A stretch of DNA of 64,000 bases from positions 806,001 through 870,000 of the forward strand of contig CM039005.1 in assembly GCA_017499595.2 (NCBI GenBank), read 5' to 3'. Of this stretch, positions 63,161 to 64,000 are shown piece by piece (position 1 is the stretch's first letter; each line of letters begins with the position of its first letter). The notes below the pieces were generated by a model. The model searched no databases and was not told the origin of the DNA. It saw only the letters and a list, made by a program, of their open reading frames with translations. Both the position numbers and the translations under genes were made by a program. The stretch is from Psilocybe cubensis. Taxonomy: Eukaryota.

Positions 63161-63352
63161 TGTTAGAGTTCCCTCTAACGTAGACACACACACGTGCCTG
63201 TAGTCACATATCACACAGTATTTGTAGACACACCCGTAGCTACGTAGCCTCAGTTCCTTCTTTGTTAGCACACCCAACACGTTCTGGTCCTTCGTCTCTC
63301 TCTCCCGCCTCGTCTCCGGGTCTCCTCCTAACATCAAGAAGGAACTCTAACA
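63161..63352. mobile_element. 192-bp LTR-like or MITE-like unit with 12-bp perfect terminal inverted repeats
   Basis: TGTTAGAGTTCC (63161-63172) and GGAACTCTAACA (63341-63352); TG..CA ends; no TSD on the immediate flanks. Confidence 0.5.
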
Positions 63353-63880
63353 CATTCAAAACATCCTCTCTCATCGCCTTTTGGCATTTCAATACCACCG
63401 TTTCCCAAACTGCCTGGACTACCTCGTTCCCCTTCGATCCTGCCCATCCAGCAGGATATCGAAGCCTGTACCGACACTTGTGACCGCTACTCTTGGCAAT
63501 TATTTTTTTTGCAAAGAGACCTCTTGTTGCACGAAGAAACCCTGCGTATTGCTTCCAACCAGGGTGCATCTTTTGATACCCTTCGGCGACTTACTGCTGC
63601 TGTTATAGACTGTCAACGGTCAATCTCACATACCAGAGACCTTCTCGCTTCCGCTGAAAGACAGTTGCGTTACCTACACGACCAGGCTGATCGCGTTCGC
63701 GACCTACAAGATTGTCTGGCTACTCTGTCTCGCCGCATTGATAATCTGGCTTTTACCACCTCTCTTAGCCCTGCTATTTTGTCTGGACTTCACGCCCGCC
63801 TTGACGATATTCTCAGCTCTCCTCTCTTCTCCAGGTCCTCTACCCCAGACAGCTTACCTGACCTTGAACCCTCCGATTAG
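63353..63880 (+). pseudogene. Degenerate intronless coiled-coil ORF, probably transposon-associated
   Basis: ORFs 63262-63483 and 63509-63880 can be joined across a TGA and a poly-T frameshift; the region directly abuts the 192-bp unit. Confidence 0.3.
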
Positions 63881-64000
63881 AAGCGCATATATTCACCCTT
63901 TTGGCGCATACACCCACCCTCTCTGTTTTTTTCTCTTTCCTTTTTTTAATTCGCTTCTCGCTTATCGTTTGCACTCATGCCTCCCGGAAAAAGTAAAGGT

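Overview
Eukaryotic, intron-rich fungal DNA with ~50-70 nt introns and gene families typical of Agaricomycetes (gilled-mushroom-like); the species cannot be named from sequence alone. The left ~30 kb is accessory-like. It holds two FunK1 fungal-type kinase paralogues (a third is at ~40-43 kb), a small secreted two-repeat Cys-rich protein, a DUF7729-like surface protein, a DUF1769 protein, an F-box gene with its pseudogene, and an atypical tRNA-Gln. It also holds a three-level transposon nest: an intact Ty1/copia element with identical LTRs, inside a Tc1/mariner-type MITE, inside the terminal TA of a hAT-type MITE. The right part is mostly housekeeping: PH-domain protein, PP1/GLC7, aryl-alcohol dehydrogenase, BTG/Tob-like protein, FMT1, EH-domain protein, HMG-box factor, SEC2, CAB2 and a divergent Ras-like GTPase, ending in a probable transposon remnant. 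Main unusual observations: two spliceosomal-type introns in the copia element (one giving a Gag-only mRNA, one deleting the primer-binding site), a CSL-type CGTGGGAA site upstream of all three FunK1 genes, a 2-nt micro-exon in the Ras-like gene, and an A53-U61 tRNA. All exon models were read by eye and need RNA-seq confirmation.
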